NCBI RefSeq assembly: GCF_040938485.1
Contig: NW_027272560.1
Span: forward strand, 62,001 to 126,000
Length of the DNA stretch: 64,000 nucleotides
Direction of reading: 5' to 3'
From: Diadema antillarum
Taxonomy: Eukaryota
Shown: piece after piece, positions 59,096-64,000 of the stretch
Layout of the letters: each line of letters opens with the position of its first letter
How positions within the stretch are numbered: position 1 is the stretch's first letter
The notes under the pieces: generated by a model
What the model was told of the DNA's origin: nothing
The model's input: the letters and a program-made list of their open reading frames with translations, nothing else
Databases searched by the model: none
Position numbers and translations under genes: made by a program

Positions 59096-59152
<57 letters not shown>

Positions 59153-59506
59153 CATTTAGAAAGAGAGGGATGGAGGGTATATCATTTCTCGCACATATAA
59201 TATGTCCATAATAAAGAGAGAGAAATAGATGAATATACTCTTCGCAGCGTTTAGACATTATTTTTGCACTCTCATATTGTGCAATAGGGCGGGGGGGGGG
59301 GGGGAACTTCAATATGGCGCGGTAGACATAATTGATCGAGGTACAAAGTTACGCCAGACCACTTCTTTGTTGGTTGTCTCCCAACCCTCTGGCCGTGACT
59401 GCTGCGGTACTGGCGGATGGACGAATCTAACTTGAGGTTTCCTTTCTTTTTTTTTTGGAAAACCTTTTGGTTTTGTTTTATTTTAGGTAGATTGGCTTCT
59501 TTGTAT

Positions 59507-59537
<31 letters not shown>

Positions 59538-60699
59538 CGCATATGCTGTTGTCTTTTAGAACGCATTTGGAATTTTTTACTACACTGTCTTAATTTCGGA
59601 ACAACAAGGCCTGTAATGTGGAGATAAATGTAGATACCATGTACTAAATTAGTAAATATCTCTATGACCTCCCTACCAAATTATCACGAAGTTAGGTGGC
59701 CTCATCAATTATTATGTCCTTTCTTTCAAAATCTCGTCAAACAGAAATCAGTGGTCCTTTGAAATCGTTTTCCAGTATCAAACGCAACGCCTGAATGTCA
59801 AACAGGTGCTCTATGTATATTTAGCGCTTACTCTATTGATATTGCATTGGTACAAGTTCGGTTAATGACTTCGCATCTGTGCATGAGTTTTGAAACGATA
59901 TGATACGATTTTTTTTTAATCTTACGATTAAACTTTTCATATTGTCTGCACTTTCAGGAGGTAGGCCAACGAATTCATCTCGTCAGGACACTTTGTTTTG
60001 TTTTTGATCTTTTTTTTTAATTACTGTGAACAGTTCTAGTTATCAATTTATAATTACAAGAGAAAACAGTAATTCTTCAAACTATGTCATGATTGATAAA
60101 TTTGTTGTTTGATGTAATTTGCTTGAAAAAAATTGACATATCTATGTAGATTTTTATGTATGTCTTCTAGTTTGTTTTGGTATATTTCGCTTCTTTATTT
60201 TGCATTGCTAATACACGATGCATATTGTTCTCTACACCATGGCTGTTGTAATTTTATTTATCGAATTTTTGTGTCATGAAAGAGTTGAAGAAATAAAATG
60301 AAATGAATGAATGAAAAAATGGAAATGGTAATGTCTGTTATGGGTGGTTTACCCAGCATTTCGAGGTACGGTAACTATACATTTTAAGATCCTTCTCACA
60401 TATTCTAATCTTAGGCCCTTTTATCATTGGCAGGACAAAGATGTACAACATCACACAAAACAAGGTCATTGCTACGTTCAGCGTCCTCCACTCTAAATTC
60501 TAACCCTTTTCCTCATAATCTTTGAGGACAGGCACGAATTAACACGGCTGATACTTGCGCTTCGACCTCTTTGCCACACACGCTAGTTTTGGCTTACTTC
60601 AATCCCACAGAAATACCCTCTTCCCGCCTTCGCCTTCTCGAGTTAAGGACCTTCCCCTGTAAAATTGTGCAGAAGCCGCGCCAAGCTCTTAACCGCACT

Positions 60700-60777
60700 C
60701 TTTTTGAGGAAGTGACGTCTTGTACTCAGTAAAGTAGGGGGGAAATCAGAGGCCGCGGGAGAGGAATTAAGGTAGGA
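60700..60777 (+). promoter_or_regulatory. Candidate promoter and first non-coding exon of the PH gene
   Basis: CpG-richer patch with an ETS-CRE-like GGAAGTGACGTC (60708-60719), Inr-like TCAGT (~60726-60730), donor AAG|GTAGGA at 60771/2, and an acceptor tatttaag| at 61223 upstream of the ATG. Confidence 0.35.
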
Positions 60778-61246
60778 GGGGGTTACGTTACTTCTCTGTG
60801 TGACTTTCTGTACACAAACGAATACGGGACGCGCGGAACCCGCGCAAAAACTTTCTGCGAATCACGGGTTAATAATAGACGCAAGGAAAGAAAACGCGAG
60901 CGCCATTACGGAAACACACTGCAATAGAGAGAGAAGTTGTAGACCCACACTTCAGGATCTCACATCGGTCCTGTCTCGGCCGTGTACAGCTAGCTGCACT
61001 GGAATGATATTGGATATTACACTGTGTGCTCTTCTTGTTTACCTGAACAGCGCTAGCGTCCTACACGTGATTTAATCTTTACCAGGAAGAAGCTGATTAA
61101 CTTAAATCTTTATTTACGATGTAATTACAAGCAAGTTAACCCAAAATATGAGTTCTACAGGAGCTGGGTTAATCTAACAGAAGTAAGCCTTCATATTTCT
61201 GTCCGTGCTGAATACTATTTAAGGAGTGAAACACTTTATAGACAAA

Positions 61247-61772
61247 ATGAGCAAGAAAAGGCCAGTTTCTCGGACCAGCAGCAGCAGCGTCACCGCCGCT
61301 TTATTCCCGGGCGTTAACCTGGAAAGTGCCGAGAAGGACACTGTGCTGAAGGAAGGTACCATAGACAAGGAGTCCTCCAGTCTCTTCTATCCCTGGAGAC
61401 CCAAGTTCTGCGTCCTCACGCCAGAAAACCTCACCATCTTCCGTTGGCACTCCAAGAAGAAAGCGTCTCAAGAGAAAGTGAGGAACATCCTGTATCGCAT
61501 GCCCTTGGACGATGTCACCGCCATAGCAAACATCGCCAAGGGCAAGAGACACATCCACTTTACCATGGTTACCAAAGACGGCACTCTGGACCTACGCGTG
61601 GGACTGAACCACCGCGAGTGGCTGACGCAGATTCAGATGGCCGTCTTGGCGCGAAAGAATCGGCGGGATTTCGTGAAGGAGCTGAAGTCGCGATCGTCTG
61701 TCGTGGCAAACAAGTTCAGACGGAAAACGATGAGGAGGCGCTCATTTAACAAAGATCCGGAGTACGGAGACG
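61247..61772 (+). CDS. Pleckstrin-homology (PH) domain coding exon with polybasic tail
   Basis: VLKEGTIDK (beta1), WRPKFCVL (beta2) and C-terminal helix REWLTQIQMAV; GC-rich codon-like composition; ends at phase-1 donor GAC G|GTAAGA. The track ORF past 61772 is probably intron. Confidence 0.8.
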
Positions 61773-63875
61773 GTAAGATTTCGTTTTCAGCGCATGGTTG
61801 TTTTCTTGCTATGCCTTCATGTGATGACTTGCCAACATGAAACTTTCCAAAGGGTAGGTCTGATATTAGGTTCATTACGTCAGGGGAATCCCATCTTTGG
61901 CAAGTTCTTTTGAGGTGAAATCTTCTATCATCTAGATTAGGCCTACGGTTTAAAGTTTCTGTGTTTATGGTATGAATGTTGGCTTTAGAGTCTGTTACGC
62001 AGTGATTCTTCGAACTTGTTATCATACAGGGTCAATATGACGGTGCAAACATTTTAAGTTTTCAAAGTTTCCTTAAGAACTAAGAATGCACTCATTCAAT
62101 AAGGATGGACGTGAAATCTCTGGGAAGTCTTTGCTGGTTGAGAGCAACACAATATCCGTCTATGTTGCTGAATATTTTATATATTTTTTTTTTTTACTGG
62201 AAGGCTGCACAGATACGACGTTTTGCCGAACATCTAACACTTATGTCAGAATTATTAGTCGGTCAAACTATTAACCAAGAGTTTTATCGGCTTTGCCGTG
62301 GGAGATGGAGGAAGCTGGTTGCGTAATCGCCCCTTGGAAGATGATCTACAAACGTGGTTCATGCACGAAATTATTGCAGGTTTCACAAAGTTTGCTTCGC
62401 CAAGAAAGCGCGGCAGCTAGTTGACTTCATAACTTGGACCCCCTCTCCTTTAGTCTCTGTCGTTGGATGTACCTTTGCCTAGAGTTTACAGCATATTGGG
62501 CACGAAGCCGAGCAGACGACAGGACGTGTTGATGGTATCACGCCATCTGTTTTCCGGTTTAACAGTATCATGGGATAATTGTAGAAGACTTGGTAGGAAA
62601 ATGACCAATATACTGAGAGCTGGAACGTAAAAAGCACGTAACCAAATTCAGAAAAGTTTGAATCATAGTCGGTGAGCGAACCTGAGTACACACATGATTA
62701 GGATTTGTTTGTTTCTGTGATCGGTTTCGTCGACCCGATGTCTCGTCTTGGGGTGCTCGAGTGTTGTGGTACCTGTCAGAGTTATTATAGCCTATCAAAA
62801 AATACCTGATATATGAAATTAATTGGGGTGGTGGATAGCCTTTGTTTCTTTCCTCCGATTGGAATTGGCGCACAAGAGTGCAATGTGACGAAGTTGCACG
62901 CTAGCAGGTGCATGTGTCGACCGTATACGACATGGGATCGAGAATCCATTTGTCATCGCCATGTCGCCAACGCGCCACCAACGGTTCAACCCGACCAGCT
63001 CAAACCTCTCGCCTAACCCACTTCTTTTCTAACGGATTACTTTGGCAGATTGGGGATTCCTTGACCCGTGAATAAATCAATAAGGAGGGCGTGGTGGCCG
63101 TCACACAAAGAGATTTAAATCGTCTAGCGCTGACGGATATGTGACAAAAATAATATTAACCTTACCTTCATGATTCATCTTCGCTACCACAGCCTGATGT
63201 GGTATATTCGTTGTCCCTCTCGAACTGAATTCGTCAGAATAAATGAATTAATTGATAGACTGAATACATCCATTCCTTTGTCATCCCGTCTATTTATTCA
63301 CTTATGTATAATTTCATTATATCGATTGACTGATTCGTGGTCTTACTTATCAGTGATCTATACATTGAGACCTTCACTTTGACATCCTGGCACTTGCAAC
63401 TGATTGATTATTATCAATATCGAGCTCGTAATTAGTGATGCTAATCAGCTGATAATAGCAGTTTGATAGTGAAATAGATCGGAAAGCAGTGATATGTAGC
63501 TGCTAATACTGCTATTGAATGAGAATATTAGCAGCTAGCAGCAGCAGTAGTAGCAGAAGCAGCAGTAGTAGAATGCCCTATATGTTGTATACTCCAGTAT
63601 CATTGTCAAAATAGTTATTTTGACATTGACTTTTGAAAAATGTTAACACGTCCGATGAGAGACCTTCTTAGGCCACTTCCCACCGAGGAGGGACGGTGAG
63701 GAAAGATGCTGCTGTCACGCGGTGACAAGTGCGGCCAAAATTTGGGGCGCAGTTACGCGGACAATGGACCTGTCATTAACTGATAGACTTCATTATCTCG
63801 GAGACCTAACGGCTCGTCAACTAACAGTCACATGGAAATGATGTCGGACAAGTCCCTAATCACAACTTCCCCCAG

Positions 63876-63949
63876 GTCTGGTACGTCCCCAAGCACGTGT
63901 GAGAAAGCTGAGACGCGCCTGTTCGATGGGACGACGTGCTCCCGTGTAG
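63876..63949 (+). CDS. Candidate terminal exon of the PH gene (G-LVRPQARVRKLRRACSMGRRAPV*)
   Basis: Acceptor cacaacttcccccag|GT is phase-compatible with the 61772 donor and continues the basic tail. No independent support. Confidence 0.3.
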
Positions 63950-64000
63950 AACGCCACGGAGGACCAGAGAGTCTGGCTCGTTATTACAGGCCACGCGCGC

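Overview
AT-rich eukaryotic (metazoan) DNA with no prokaryotic, CRISPR, rRNA or bona fide tRNA features. The repeat types and GPCR content suggest an echinoderm, sea-urchin-like genome (inference only). The window is dominated by a tandem segmental duplication: unit 1 ~4069-20277 and unit 2 ~24267-40829, separated by a ~4 kb spacer. Each unit carries the same two-gene module of single-coding-exon orphan class A GPCRs, here called A and B (A1 10821-12164, B1 15230-16501, A2 28357-29700, B2 33331-34602), most reminiscent of the GPR84/Tre1/Moody group. Because each unit supplies the empty site for insertions in the other, about 12 post-duplication indels can be read directly, including MITE families with TA, TTAA and 7-bp target duplications and LINE fragments of L2, CR1 and RTE type. 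Further right, a three-exon minus-strand gene (49158-49062, 48508-45957, 45201-44839; ~1000 aa) encodes a somatomedin-B / Cys-repeat class-B-type 7TM receptor with no visible GPS motif. A plus-strand PH-domain exon lies at 61247-61772. The most interesting signals are (i) near-frozen extracellular loops between receptors A and B despite mostly different synonymous sites and unalignable third intracellular loops, (ii) 12 non-synonymous and 0 synonymous changes in the B1/B2 third intracellular loop, and (iii) the GPS-less SMB receptor. All counts are hand counts from the sequence; no database search was run.
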